Shown here in pieces: positions 1 to 9,995 of a stretch of 64,000 nucleotides of DNA. The notes beneath the pieces are model-generated. The model saw only the letters and a program-made list of their open reading frames with translations. It was not told where the DNA came from and ran no database searches. Source of the DNA: Bradymonadia bacterium (GTDB lineage Bacteria > Myxococcota_A > Bradymonadia > UBA7976 > UBA1532); NCBI GenBank assembly GCA_046290225.1, contig JBKAGE010000041.1:53148-117147 (forward strand), read 5' to 3'. The position numbers and the translations under genes were made by a program. Every line of letters starts with the position of its first letter. Position 1 is the stretch's first letter.

Positions 1-78
1 ATGGTGCGTTTGTCGGTGGGTTTGGAGGGGCTCGCCGATCTTCGAGCCGACTTCGAGCAAGCGCTCGCTGCTGTGTGA
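1..78 (+). CDS. C-terminal end of a Cys/Met metabolism PLP-dependent (trans-sulfuration) enzyme; partial at window edge
   Basis: Frame 1 reads MVRLSVGLEGLADLRADFEQALAAV*, matching the RLSVGLE..DL..D..QAL C-terminus of the cystathionine gamma-synthase/lyase family. Confidence 0.75.
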   Translation: MVRLSVGLEGLADLRADFEQALAAV

Positions 79-166
79 TCCCCATCTTGCTGGGACCTCT
101 TGGCGATCTGGGCACCGGGTTTTCGGTATAAGCATTCGTAACGATGGCTCGCTGGAGCAGCACCTG

Positions 167-2308
167 ATGACCGTTCTCTCTCGTCACCTCTTCATCTCCA
201 CCCTCGCGCTGGCGCTCGCGGCCTGTGAGGACGACTCACTGCCGTCGCCCTTCGATGCCGCTGTCCCCGACGCGCGTTTGCCCGACGCCGCCTTCGACGC
301 CGGTGCCGACGACATGATGGTGGAGATCCCTGATGCAGAGCCGCCACGGCCCGATGCTCGGCCTGACCTGCGGTGCGAGGAAGCCTGCGCCACGCTGGCG
401 GCATGTGCAGCCTCTTCGGATCGTTGTCCGGGTGTCGGCGCAGAGGATGAGGCGAGCTACGCCGAAATCTGTGTACCTGCCTGTGAGGTCAACGCCAGCC
501 TGCTCGATCTCGTCGACGGCTCGGCGTGTGACGACACTGTCTCTCGCATTCGCGCCCTGAGCGACGACTTCGACACCCGTTGCCAGTCCACGTACACCCT
601 CACCGTGCTGCACACTGCAGGTGGAGTGAGCGATTTGCTGCCTCAGCAGGCAGAGCTCGCTGGAGGTGGCGATGCGTTGGTGGGCGGTGGTGCGCGGGCT
701 GCGGCGTTGATGCGGCAACTACGGGCCAGCGCAGGGACTGATGGCGTAGTGGCGATCCATACTGGGGATCACCTGATCCCGGGGTGGGCTTACGACGTCA
801 CGCAAGATCTGCCTTTGTCGGCCATGGGCCCGGTGCTTCAAGGGGCCACTGTGGATGTGGCGGCCCTCGGTGAGCAGGACTTCTTCATCGGCCCCGAACA
901 CCTCGCTGCCTGGATCACGGCCTGGGGAGACAGCCCCACCGTGGTGGCCAGCAACCTCGGCGACAGCGAAAGCGAGGCACTGCAGGCTCTCAGGGACACC
1001 GGGGTGATCTCCACTCGGGTCGTGGTCGAAGCTGGCGGCGCGCGCATCGGCATCATCTCGGCCCTGCCAGGCGATCTGCCAGAGATCGCCAGCCCGCTCT
1101 CCAATGTGCTCGATCCGCTGGCGGCGTTGATCCTCGAGGTGCTTGCCCTTCAAGAAGAAGGCGTCGACAAGATCGTGATGGTGAGCCACCTCGATCGTTT
1201 CGAGGAAGATCGCATCCTCTCCCTCCAGGCCATCGGGGTCGACGCGGTGATCGCCGCCGGTGGCGGGGTGTACCTCGGCGATATGGAGGACCAGCGCCTG
1301 GTCGGCGACACCCTTGATCCGGTGCTGACCTATCCAACCATGGTGGTCGATGGTGCTGGTGGGGCGCTGCCCGTGGTGGCCGTTCCGGGTGGCTTCCGCT
1401 ATGTGGGCCGTCTGGGGCTGACGTTCAACGATCAAGGTGATGTGATCGCCATTGACGAGACCAGTGGCCCTGTGGGCGTGTGGGCCGATGAGCGTGTGCC
1501 TGTCGACCAGGGCACGCTCGATGCGCTCCAGACCTCGGTGGAGCAGCCGCTGCAGATGGCCCTCGAGGCCCCAGGCCCGATCCTCGCCACCACCTCGGTG
1601 GAGATCAGCGGGGTCAACTCGACAATGCAGGAGGTCAACGCCGGAGATCTCGTCGCCGACGCGATGCTCTGGCAGGCCCGGGCATCGGCTGCGGCATACG
1701 GCGCTGATCCTGCGGTGCCCATCGTGGCCTTGGTGGACGGCGGTTCGATTCAGCCAGTGGCCTGGCCCGTCGCCGAAGACGCCCTCACCCTCGACCTGGT
1801 CTACGACCTGGTGCCCGAGCAGGCTACGGTGGTCCTGGTGGAGCTGAGCCGCACCCAACTCAAAACAGTGTTGGAGCACAGCTTCTCAGAGCCCATGGGC
1901 ATGGCGGCGGAGTACTTCCCGCAGGTGGCGGGGATGCGGTTGATGCGCGCTCTGGGTGAGGAAGCCCGGGGCACGGACGAGAACGGCGCAGGCATCCCTG
2001 GCAGCCGTGTACGGGATGTACAGATCGAAGGCCCAGTTGATGGCGGCGCCCGGCTGGTGAGCGAGGGCCGCGTGCAATCACCCTCCGATGGGCAGTCCGC
2101 GACGGTCTATCTGGCGACGACGAATCGCCTGGTGGCGGGTCTGTGGGATTACCCCTTCAATCTGTTCCCCGCTGCGGCGCGCATCCCTGTGGGTGAGACG
2201 GTGCAAGGCGCGTTGCGCGCCTACATCGTCGATGCTCTGGAAGGTGAGATCGGCCTCGACGACTACCCCACCAAGGGGCAGGATCGCATCCTCGACGTGA
2301 ATCCCTGA
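167..2308 (+). CDS. Lipoprotein with a Cys-rich domain and a 5'-nucleotidase-like (metallophosphoesterase + 5'-NT C-terminal) region; catalytic motifs degenerate
   Basis: Lipobox LALAAC; YTLTVLHT, GVDKIVMVSHL, YVGRL, EVNAGDLVADAM, FPQVAGM follow the 5'-nucleotidase layout; DxH, GNHE and GHSH motifs are replaced. Confidence 0.75.
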   Translation: MTVLSRHLFISTLALALAACEDDSLPSPFDAAVPDARLPDAAFDAGADDMMVEIPDAEPPRPDARPDLRCEEACATLAACAASSDRCPGVGAEDEASYAEICVPACEVNASLLDLVDGSACDDTVSRIRALSDDFDTRCQSTYTLTVLHTAGGVSDLLPQQAELAGGGDALVGGGARAAALMRQLRASAGTDGVVAIHTGDHLIPGWAYDVTQDLPLSAMGPVLQGATVDVAALGEQDFFIGPEHLAAWITAWGDSPTVVASNLGDSESEALQALRDTGVISTRVVVEAGGARIGIISALPGDLPEIASPLSNVLDPLAALILEVLALQEEGVDKIVMVSHLDRFEEDRILSLQAIGVDAVIAAGGGVYLGDMEDQRLVGDTLDPVLTYPTMVVDGAGGALPVVAVPGGFRYVGRLGLTFNDQGDVIAIDETSGPVGVWADERVPVDQGTLDALQTSVEQPLQMALEAPGPILATTSVEISGVNSTMQEVNAGDLVADAMLWQARASAAAYGADPAVPIVALVDGGSIQPVAWPVAEDALTLDLVYDLVPEQATVVLVELSRTQLKTVLEHSFSEPMGMAAEYFPQVAGMRLMRALGEEARGTDENGAGIPGSRVRDVQIEGPVDGGARLVSEGRVQSPSDGQSATVYLATTNRLVAGLWDYPFNLFPAAARIPVGETVQGALRAYIVDALEGEIGLDDYPTKGQDRILDVNP

Positions 2309-4135
2309 TCACTCCTCGACGGGCTCGCCAGGAGCCACGTCAGCGCGCAAGTGCACATAAGGCGCTTCCGGATCGGCCCAGACTGCGGCGTTGGGAAAGC
2401 TCAAGGGCAGAGGCAGCACGTCGTCACCAAGGCTGAAGGTGGTGTCGGCGAGCAAACCGGGCAGCGCGCTGACGAGGGCGCCCAGCTGATCTTCGAGGCG
2501 GGCTTTGTCCACGGGGCCACGGGGGGTCTCAGCGACGTCGAGCCAGGCCTCTACATCGAGCTCAGGTACGATCTCGATGCCATTCCCTGGGGTGATGCTC
2601 ACGCTCATATGCACGACGAACTGTGCTGCGATCGTGACCAGAATCTCGTCGTTCTCAGTGAGTAGATCGATGAACAAGTCACCAGCCTCGATGACGAGGG
2701 GGCGAGGGCCATCCTCCACGCGGGACACCAGCGGCAGGGGTGGGCGCAAGCGCAGCTTGATGTTGCTCGACGGATCGATGCCCTCTGCTGCCTCACCGAG
2801 GCCCGCTTGAAACAGGCTGAGGCGCAAGGGGATGGGCAAGTTGATGTCACCGCCCTCTTCGAGGGTGAGGTCGAGGATGCCGGCGGCCCAGACGGCGTGC
2901 AGGATGCGCGAGGTCAGATCGGTGGCCACAGCGAGATCGATGTCCCCTGATCGGCTGGGATCCATCATGGTCGGGCTGCCGGCCTCAGCGCGGACGGCGA
3001 GGCCCATGTTCACCACCTGCTCGGCGAGCACACGGCTGTCGAGCTCGAGGAGCAGTCCAGTGGGGTCAACCGTGGCCGCCTGCACACCGAGAGTCAGCTC
3101 GATGGATTGGCCGAGTAGCTCCACCGAGCGCATGAGGGCGGCGCCGTCGAAGAGTGCTGGCAAAACCAACTCGTCGACGGCGTCAGCGATGAGCCCATCT
3201 GCGAGGTTGGGGATGAAGTCCTCGAACCACTCTTCGATGCTGGAGGGCACGTTCTCGATGTCGTACATGAAGTTCTCAAAAGACGCCTCTGCGCTCTCAA
3301 GGGTGAGCTCAAGGCCACCCTCAGGCGTGCGCCCCACGACGACGCGTGCTACCAGCGTGGCGGGGTCGACGGAGGCCTCACCGGTGATGCTCAGCTCGGC
3401 ATCACCGACCGGGGCGATGCCGGTGATCTCCATCTGGAGCCCATAGATTGAGAACCTGAGCTCAAGGTACCCATTGCGCGGCAACAATAGCACCTCGAGG
3501 GCGGAGTACTCGAAGCGGGTCAACTCCAGATCGCCAGGCATGGCCTCTGCGAGCAGGGCGGGGAGGTCTTGTGACTCTACATATGCCGCCACCACCTGAC
3601 CGATGCTCGTGAGCCCCGAGGGCCCCACCATGAGGGTGGCGGCGTCTTTGACAGGCTCGCTGGGATCGACGTCGGCGTCGAAGAGCACGGCAAAGCGCTC
3701 CTCGTCTGCTTGAGCCTCCGGATCGTTGGGGTCACCATCCACGCCTCGGACGGCGACGATGTTCATGCCGGGCCGGGCAGGTACGGAGACCGAGAACCGG
3801 CCGTCTGCTTCTGGCCGCGCCTCGACGCCGTCGACGAGGAGCACAGGCTCACGGCCGCCGGTGATGCGCCCTTCGACCTGAATCACACCGCCGGTGTCCC
3901 GCTGCCCACGAGGCGGGGCGGTGAGCTCGATGGCCACTGGGTCGACCGGGCCGAGATCGGGCACCATGGCGTCAGGCATGGGCACCGACATGTCTGCTGG
4001 AGCAGAGACCATGGCGTCGGAGGCTGGAGGCAGGGCGTCGTTGGCGCCGTCGGGGCTCTTGCTGTCGTCCCCGCATGCGGTGAGGGAGAGCAGAGCCAGA
4101 GCAAGGGTGGCGATACGCAAAGTGGGGGATCTCAT
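2309..4135 (-). CDS. Lipoprotein with an Ig-like domain and a possible BPI/LBP (TULIP)-like C-terminal region
   Basis: Start re-called at MRSPTL (4135); lipobox LSLTAC; GRFSVSVPARPGMNIVAVRGVD is Ig-like; DLAVATDLTSRILHAVWAAGILD is LBP-like. Confidence 0.55.
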   Translation of the reverse strand: MRSPTLRIATLALALLSLTACGDDSKSPDGANDALPPASDAMVSAPADMSVPMPDAMVPDLGPVDPVAIELTAPPRGQRDTGGVIQVEGRITGGREPVLLVDGVEARPEADGRFSVSVPARPGMNIVAVRGVDGDPNDPEAQADEERFAVLFDADVDPSEPVKDAATLMVGPSGLTSIGQVVAAYVESQDLPALLAEAMPGDLELTRFEYSALEVLLLPRNGYLELRFSIYGLQMEITGIAPVGDAELSITGEASVDPATLVARVVVGRTPEGGLELTLESAEASFENFMYDIENVPSSIEEWFEDFIPNLADGLIADAVDELVLPALFDGAALMRSVELLGQSIELTLGVQAATVDPTGLLLELDSRVLAEQVVNMGLAVRAEAGSPTMMDPSRSGDIDLAVATDLTSRILHAVWAAGILDLTLEEGGDINLPIPLRLSLFQAGLGEAAEGIDPSSNIKLRLRPPLPLVSRVEDGPRPLVIEAGDLFIDLLTENDEILVTIAAQFVVHMSVSITPGNGIEIVPELDVEAWLDVAETPRGPVDKARLEDQLGALVSALPGLLADTTFSLGDDVLPLPLSFPNAAVWADPEAPYVHLRADVAPGEPVEE

Positions 4136-4183
4136 CAGCAAGCACTCACACGGATAACGGCGGGGGGTGTTTGAAAGCATCCT

Positions 4184-4237
4184 TAGAGCAGTATGCGAAA
4201 GGAACTGATGCAGCAGGTCATTTCGTATACTGCTCTA
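4184..4237. mobile_element. 54-bp palindromic MITE-like element
   Basis: TAGAGCAGTATGCGAAA (4184-4200) and TTTCGTATACTGCTCTA (4221-4237) are a 17-bp inverted repeat with 1 mismatch; TA at both ends. Confidence 0.5.
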
Positions 4238-4297
4238 GTTATAGCGAGTACATGAGGGCAGATGTAGTCGGAGGGCGCTTCGTGGGTGAGTCTGTTT

Positions 4298-4329
4298 CGG
4301 GCACGGGCACGGGCACGGGCACGGGCACG
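4298..4329. repeat. Hexanucleotide tandem repeat (CGGGCA)5
   Basis: Read directly in intergenic DNA. Confidence 0.9.
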
Positions 4330-4344
4330 AGTTTTACGGGCGTG

Positions 4345-4474
4345 GACAGTGCAGCCTGAGGCTGCATGTCTTGGAGCGAGTGGAGGGGGGCGCAGCCGGC
4401 CGGAGGGAGCGGAAAGACACCCAAAGGGCTGTCCACTGTTTGGCCTGACAGTACAGCCTGAGGCTGCATGTCTT
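4345..4474. repeat. Two direct copies of a 28-bp palindromic REP-like unit
   Basis: GACAGT(G/A)CAGCCTGAGGCTGCATGTCTT at 4345-4372 and 4447-4474; internal hairpin TGCAGCC-TGA-GGCTGCA. Confidence 0.8.
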
Positions 4475-4484
4475 CCAGGCGGGC

Positions 4485-6749
4485 TCAGCGGCAGAATTGC
4501 TGTGCGAGATCGTTGTTGGGCACGCAGCCCGAGACCCCGAAGATGCTGCAGCAGACGTTGTCGCCAGGGCAAACCTGGGCGTCGTTGCAGGACAGCACGC
4601 AAATCTGACCGGCCAGGAACACGTCCTGACACTCTTCGTCCGCCGTGCAGGCGTTCGGATCATCGCCACAGGCAGGCGGGCCGGCGTCGCCCCACTCGCT
4701 CATCATGCGATCCGCGCCGCCCACCTCGATGCACTCGCCGTCGATGCAGAGGTTGCCGTCACCGCAGTCGCCGTCGTCGAAACAGCCGACACATTCGCCG
4801 GTGTCCGGATCACAGACACCCTCGTCGCACTCTACGCCGGCACAGCGGCAGGCGTCGTCGCGACCGCATACCTGAACCCGCTGGCCATTGCGTTGGATCG
4901 GGGTGCAGTTCGAGCCGTCGGGGCAGACATCCTCGCCCTCGTCACAGGCCAGACCACAGGCGCGGACCTCCTGGTTGAAGCCCAGGCGGTAGCGTACGCA
5001 GTACATGTTGTCGGGGCAGTCGGACTCGTCCTCACACGGGGCGCAGATGAGGGCCAGCGGATCGACACAGGCGTTGTCGCTGCACACCGTGCCGTCGGCG
5101 CAGTCGTCATTGCCCAGGCACTGCACGCACTCGCCAGAGGTGGGATCACAGAGTTGACCGTCGGCGCAGTCCACCGCCTCACAGGGGTCTTCGCAGACAC
5201 CCGTCGCAGGATCACAGATACCCGAGGGGCATGCTTCGGGGTTGCACACCCCTGCGTCGCAGGTCTCACAGACACAGCCCGTGTTGCCCTCACAGAGGAG
5301 ATCGCGGTTCTCGCCGATGACCTGCACTTCGCAGGTGGCCGGGTTGAAGCGGAAGGCTTCCCAGAGCTGACGCTCGACTCTGTTCGCCGAGTCGAGGACC
5401 TGAGGGCCGAAGTTCTGAGGCTCGGCATCGCCGCAGTTGAAGGTCAGCTGTGCTGCCCCCTGGGCGCGCTCGTCGCCCTGCGTGAACAGATCGACGCCCA
5501 CCGTGTACCAGCCCGCCTCGGGCTCACCGAGACGGACCTGCTCTTCGAGGGGCAGGCGGCGTGGGCCGGCGTCACGGGTCAGGCCTGGGGTGCACCAGTC
5601 GGGGCTGCGGTTGTTGGCCCAGCAGTCGAAGGGGCTCTCGAAGTAGACGCCTTCGGGGTGGAGCACGTGTAGATCGAAGTCGAGGGTGTCGTCGCCCCAG
5701 GTGAGGGTGATCCAAGCCTGAGGGGTCAACTCGTCACAGGCGTCGCCGCGGCCGTCATCGTCGCTGTCGAGCTGGTCGAAGTTCGGTACGTCGCGGCAGT
5801 TGTCGCAGGCGTCACCGCGGCCGTCGTCGTCGACGTCGGACTGGCGGTTGGGCACCTCGGGACAGTTGTCGGCGGCGTCGGGCACGCCGTCACCGTCGCG
5901 ATCAGACTCCACGCAAGCGTCGCCGATGCCGTCGCCGTCGCTGTCTTCCTGATCGGCGTTCACGTCGAGAGGACAGTTGTCGCAGGCATCGCCCACGCCA
6001 TCTTCGTCGCCGTCGCCCTGGTTGCGGTTGGGCTCGAGGGGGCAGTTGTCGGCCATGTCGGGCACGCCATCGAGATCGATGTCGTTCTCGCCGATGGCGC
6101 AGGCGTCGCCTGTGCCGTCTCCAGCGTCGTCGGCCTGGTCCGGGTTGGCCACGTTGGGGCAGTTGTCGCAGGCGTCGCCCACACCATCGTCGTCGGCGTC
6201 GCGCTGGCTGTTGTTCGCCTGCTCGGGGCAGTTGTCCACCCCGTCGCGGATGCCGTCGTTGTCGGTGTCGGCTTCGGGATCACCACCACCTGCGCCGCCA
6301 ACAGGCCCGCCACCGAAGCCGCCTTCACCGCCAACAGGCTCGCCGCCGAATCCGCCTTCGCCGCCAACAGGCTCGCCACCAAAGCCGCCCTCACCGCCGA
6401 AGCCACCTTCGCCGCCAACAGGCTCGCCGCCGAAGCCACCTTCACCACCGACGGGCTCGCCGCCGAAGCCGCCCTCACCACCGATGGGCTCACCGCCAAA
6501 GCCTCCGACAGGCTCACCACCAGCGCCAGCGACCGGGTCGCCACCCACAGGGGCACCACCGCCACCGGCTTCACCGCCGCGACCACCGGAGCCCATGCCC
6601 CCGCCGTCGACAGCAGCACCACCAGCGGCAGCGTCTTCACCCTCGGACTCGGCGACAGGATCAGACTCTTCGATACAGCCTGAGACCATCAGGGCCAGGG
6701 CCAACAGCACGCCGGCCTTTCGACCAGCGCCTTGCAGCTTCCATCGCAT
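4485..6749 (-). CDS. Thrombospondin type-3 repeat lipoprotein with Gly-rich linker, YfaP-like domain and Cys-rich repeats
   Basis: Start re-called at MRWKL; lipobox [16 protein letters not shown] repeats; multiple [27 protein letters not shown]. Confidence 0.8.
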   Translation of the reverse strand: MRWKLQGAGRKAGVLLALALMVSGCIEESDPVAESEGEDAAAGGAAVDGGGMGSGGRGGEAGGGGAPVGGDPVAGAGGEPVGGFGGEPIGGEGGFGGEPVGGEGGFGGEPVGGEGGFGGEGGFGGEPVGGEGGFGGEPVGGEGGFGGGPVGGAGGGDPEADTDNDGIRDGVDNCPEQANNSQRDADDDGVGDACDNCPNVANPDQADDAGDGTGDACAIGENDIDLDGVPDMADNCPLEPNRNQGDGDEDGVGDACDNCPLDVNADQEDSDGDGIGDACVESDRDGDGVPDAADNCPEVPNRQSDVDDDGRGDACDNCRDVPNFDQLDSDDDGRGDACDELTPQAWITLTWGDDTLDFDLHVLHPEGVYFESPFDCWANNRSPDWCTPGLTRDAGPRRLPLEEQVRLGEPEAGWYTVGVDLFTQGDERAQGAAQLTFNCGDAEPQNFGPQVLDSANRVERQLWEAFRFNPATCEVQVIGENRDLLCEGNTGCVCETCDAGVCNPEACPSGICDPATGVCEDPCEAVDCADGQLCDPTSGECVQCLGNDDCADGTVCSDNACVDPLALICAPCEDESDCPDNMYCVRYRLGFNQEVRACGLACDEGEDVCPDGSNCTPIQRNGQRVQVCGRDDACRCAGVECDEGVCDPDTGECVGCFDDGDCGDGNLCIDGECIEVGGADRMMSEWGDAGPPACGDDPNACTADEECQDVFLAGQICVLSCNDAQVCPGDNVCCSIFGVSGCVPNNDLAQQFCR

Positions 6750-6914
6750 GTACAGCTCTCCGCTTCTTGAACCTGCCTTGCGCAGGTCGACGATTCTCCC
6801 GAGCATCCTCTCTGGCATACCGGCCAATCGAGTCCCGGATCAACTGCAGAGACGTGGTGCTCGCTATGGTGCGTATGCATATGTGGAGATTTAAGCCGAA
6901 CACCGCATGGGCAG

Positions 6915-7601
6915 ATGCAGGTGTTTGGTACCAGAGGTACTCAAATGACGCATACCCCCGGCCCGCGGGCCAAGATGGTGCCCAAAATCATCCTCGAAGG
7001 CACCCGACTCACCCAGAAGACCGACATCGCCTTCGCCCTCAACAGCCACCCGCGGATCGTGGGTCCACGGAAGTACCAGTATCACTCCCCGCTGATCTCT
7101 GCGGAGTGGTGCGGGTTCACGCCTACACCCTGGGGGCGGGGGTTGATCAACTTTGAGGCTGATGAAGCCGAGCGGGCCATGGAGACCTACGCCACCTGGG
7201 CGAGGCTCTTCGAGTTGATGCCCCACTACTCATGGATCATCGACCGGTTCCACCTCTCGACCCAGTTGCATCAGCAGATGCACCATCAGCAGCACTACGA
7301 CTTCGACTGGCTCGAAGCGCGCATGCGCCCCCTGGGCTTCGCCGTGGTGTTCTGTACGCGGCGTCCCGAGAGCTTTGCCGCCGCCCGTGAGGCGCGGCTG
7401 AAGATCTCGGGGAACCCTTCGCAGTACGACGATCTCGACATCTTCGTGCGAGAGCAGGCGCTGATGCGGCCGCTGGTGGCTCAGAGTACGTTGCCAGTGC
7501 TCGAGGTGGACATCTCCGATCGCACCATCGACGAGGTAGCCGACACCATCGCTGATTGGATGGAAGAGACAGGACTGCTGTGGGGCGAGGTTCAGAGCTG
7601 A
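6915..7601 (+). CDS. Thymidylate/nucleoside-monophosphate kinase-fold protein with an atypical P-loop
   Basis: IILEGTRLTQKT at the Walker A position and WIIDRF (dTMP-kinase DR motif); true start may be 6945 or 6975. Confidence 0.55.
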   Translation: MQVFGTRGTQMTHTPGPRAKMVPKIILEGTRLTQKTDIAFALNSHPRIVGPRKYQYHSPLISAEWCGFTPTPWGRGLINFEADEAERAMETYATWARLFELMPHYSWIIDRFHLSTQLHQQMHHQQHYDFDWLEARMRPLGFAVVFCTRRPESFAAAREARLKISGNPSQYDDLDIFVREQALMRPLVAQSTLPVLEVDISDRTIDEVADTIADWMEETGLLWGEVQS

Positions 7602-7734
7602 GTTCAGGTATGTTGAGTCAAGCGTGACGAGGTGGGTGCTCTACGCCCTCTGGCGGTGGCCTGAGCTTGACGCTCTGGGCCGTGGGCTGGGGTGATGTAC
7701 GCGCCGTTGGTGCTCAGATCGAGGGGGGGAGGCT

Positions 7735-8829
7735 ATGAGGTGGGTGGAGGGGCTGATCTTGGGCTGTGCGTTGTTGCCACTGAGGGCAGAGGCGTGCTCG
7801 GCGAATGTGTGGGTTGATGGGCTCATCGAGATACGCCCTCGGCCGTGTGAGACGCTGCCTGCAGGCTCGCCGATCCGTGTGATGGGGCGGAGCCTCGAGG
7901 CAGATCAGTTCGATCTGCAGGTCGACGGCGCGCCCAGGGCGTTTCGCCTGGAAGAGGCTCCGGGGTTCACCGAGTCTTTCACAGGGCTCAGTTACGAGCT
8001 GATGATCAGCTCGGCGATCTATCCAGACCCGCCCACGGAGCCTGGAGATTGGGTCACGCTGCGTTGGACAAACACATCGGGCCGAGCTGGTTTTGAGTCA
8101 CAGCGGCGTCACTGGACAGCCGGCAGAAGGCTGCCCGTGCTCCAAATGGATCGAGGGCCACTGCTGAGCATCGATCGACTCCAAGTGCCCAACCGGCTGA
8201 GCACCTGCGAGCACGATCGGCTGACTGATCTCTATTTCTTCTCGGTGCATGTCGACACAACCCTCGCAGAGGCTGACAGACCTCTGTATGCCGTGCTCCA
8301 TCATCTCGACGAGGATGGTCGATGGGTGCCTTCGATGAGCCGTCCGGTCGCAGGGCTGGAAACCTTGCTTGTGCGCTCGCTTTTTCCTGCAACGCCCTCA
8401 CCAGAAAATGCCAGGCGATACGGATCTGTTACGCCAGGGCCAACGTGCTGGCGGGCCGAGGTGGTTGACCCTGCCCTTGGGCACCGCGTGATGGGCGAGC
8501 CAGTCTGCGCGCTCTGTCGCGATCGGATCGAACCTCGTGATGAGCGCGCGTTGTTTGAGGAGACATGGTTCGAAAGTCAGTGGCTCTACAACAACTCAAG
8601 CGCTTCAGGGGCGCGCCCCCCATGGTCACCAGAAGACATGGTCGAAGGTGGTCACTGCATCGCGCTTGTCGAAGCAGCCGAGAGCGCAGCCAGTACGCCC
8701 CCGGAGGTGACCTGCCGCCCATCAGATGAAGGGTGGTGTCAGATTCGACCTCAGACACCAGCAATGGGGTGGGTGGGGGCGATATTGGTTCTGGTCCTGA
8801 CGAGAGTCAGACGGTGTAGATCGGGGTGA
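7735..8829 (+). CDS. Secreted/surface protein with a MYXO-CTERM-like tail
   Basis: Signal peptide ending AEA-C; C-terminal GWC...TM helix...RVRRCR; GGAGG RBS. Confidence 0.6.
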   Translation: MRWVEGLILGCALLPLRAEACSANVWVDGLIEIRPRPCETLPAGSPIRVMGRSLEADQFDLQVDGAPRAFRLEEAPGFTESFTGLSYELMISSAIYPDPPTEPGDWVTLRWTNTSGRAGFESQRRHWTAGRRLPVLQMDRGPLLSIDRLQVPNRLSTCEHDRLTDLYFFSVHVDTTLAEADRPLYAVLHHLDEDGRWVPSMSRPVAGLETLLVRSLFPATPSPENARRYGSVTPGPTCWRAEVVDPALGHRVMGEPVCALCRDRIEPRDERALFEETWFESQWLYNNSSASGARPPWSPEDMVEGGHCIALVEAAESAASTPPEVTCRPSDEGWCQIRPQTPAMGWVGAILVLVLTRVRRCRSG

Positions 8830-8910
8830 AACGTTGATTCCAGGAGGTTGACGAAGTGGCGTGCTGACACTCACGATGCTCAACACACCATTCAAGGAGA
8901 CCTGTAGACG

Positions 8911-9687
8911 ATGAGCATTTTGAGCCATCGAGGCATGTGGGTGGCCCTTTTCGCCCTCGCTCTGTGTGTGCCTGCTGGAGCATCCGCTCAGGGCAAGGGT
9001 CGAGGGAAAGGCAAAGGCAATCCACACGCTCAGGCAGAAGGCGGCGATCACGGTAAGGGCAAAGGCCACGGGAAGCCTGATGGGAAGGGTCACGGCAAAC
9101 CTGAGGGCAAAGGGCACGGCAAGCCTGGAGGTCATCCAGGGAAAATGGGCGGGCCGCCCATGGGCAAGGGTAAGCCCGACGGGGTAGGCAAGCCGGATGG
9201 AAAGGGCCGTCCAGAAGGCAAGGGCAGGCCTGATGGAATGGGTCGCCCGGATGGCAAGGGTCGTCCGGAGGGCAAGGGGCCTGCTGGTGCTCCAGGGAAA
9301 ATGGGTGGGCCGCCTATGGGCAAGGGCAGGCCTGATGGGATGGGCAAGCCCGGTGGTATGGGCAAGCCTGGTGGGATGGGGCGGCCAGAAGGCAAAGGGC
9401 GCCCGGAAGGTAAGGGCAAGCCAGCCAAGGCTGCGAAGCGCGCCGCCCGCAAAGATCGGATCAAGAAGAACAAAGACAAGATCAAGGCCGCCAAGGGCAA
9501 GCAGAGCGCGTTGGCCAAGGAGCAACGCAAGCACCTGAAGCGCTTGGCCAACATCGACCGGCTTGCGGAGATGGGTGCGGAGAAGGGCAACCAGACCCTC
9601 GTCGAGAAGGCCAAGATGCTCCGTGAGAAAGAGATGAAGCGCCACGGGCGGAAGATGGATCAGCTCAACAAGAAGGCAGAGAAGTGA
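8911..9687 (+). CDS. Secreted, highly basic low-complexity Gly/Lys/Pro repeat protein
   Basis: Signal peptide ASA-Q; GKG(H/R)P(D/E) repeats; helical Lys-rich C-terminus; AAGGAG upstream. Confidence 0.7.
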   Translation: MSILSHRGMWVALFALALCVPAGASAQGKGRGKGKGNPHAQAEGGDHGKGKGHGKPDGKGHGKPEGKGHGKPGGHPGKMGGPPMGKGKPDGVGKPDGKGRPEGKGRPDGMGRPDGKGRPEGKGPAGAPGKMGGPPMGKGRPDGMGKPGGMGKPGGMGRPEGKGRPEGKGKPAKAAKRAARKDRIKKNKDKIKAAKGKQSALAKEQRKHLKRLANIDRLAEMGAEKGNQTLVEKAKMLREKEMKRHGRKMDQLNKKAEK

Positions 9688-9950
9688 AAGGCGTTAAGAT
9701 GATGAAGCCCTGGCTGGCGATCGCGTGTGTCTCTCTGCTCTGGGGCTGTGGCGACAAGCCCAAGGCGGATGAGAAAAAGCCTGCTGCTTCAGGTGGTGAG
9801 GCGGCGGCCAGCGCCGCTGGCTTGACCGATCAGGAGCAGACTGCCCTCAAAGACGAGCTCGCTGACGAGGCCGAAGCGGCCATCACGCCGGAGAACGCCG
9901 AGCAGATGGCCGAGAAGATCGAGGCCGAGCTGAACGCAGAGCTGAAGTGA
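9684..9950 (+). CDS. Small lipoprotein with an acidic C-terminus
   Basis: Lipobox LWGC; GTGA overlap with the upstream gene. Confidence 0.7.
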   Translation: MKGVKMMKPWLAIACVSLLWGCGDKPKADEKKPAASGGEAAASAAGLTDQEQTALKDELADEAEAAITPENAEQMAEKIEAELNAELK

Positions 9951-9995
9951 CGCTCTAAGCACGCTGACGGTCTGCATTTGCTGTAAGACAGTGAT

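Noticed and set aside
4345..4474. Two-repeat mini-CRISPR
   Set aside because: Only two copies, the 74-bp spacer is too long, and no cas genes are present
4286..4978. ORF beginning with RARARARA
   Set aside because: Artefact of the CGGGCA repeat and antisense overlap with the TSP3 gene
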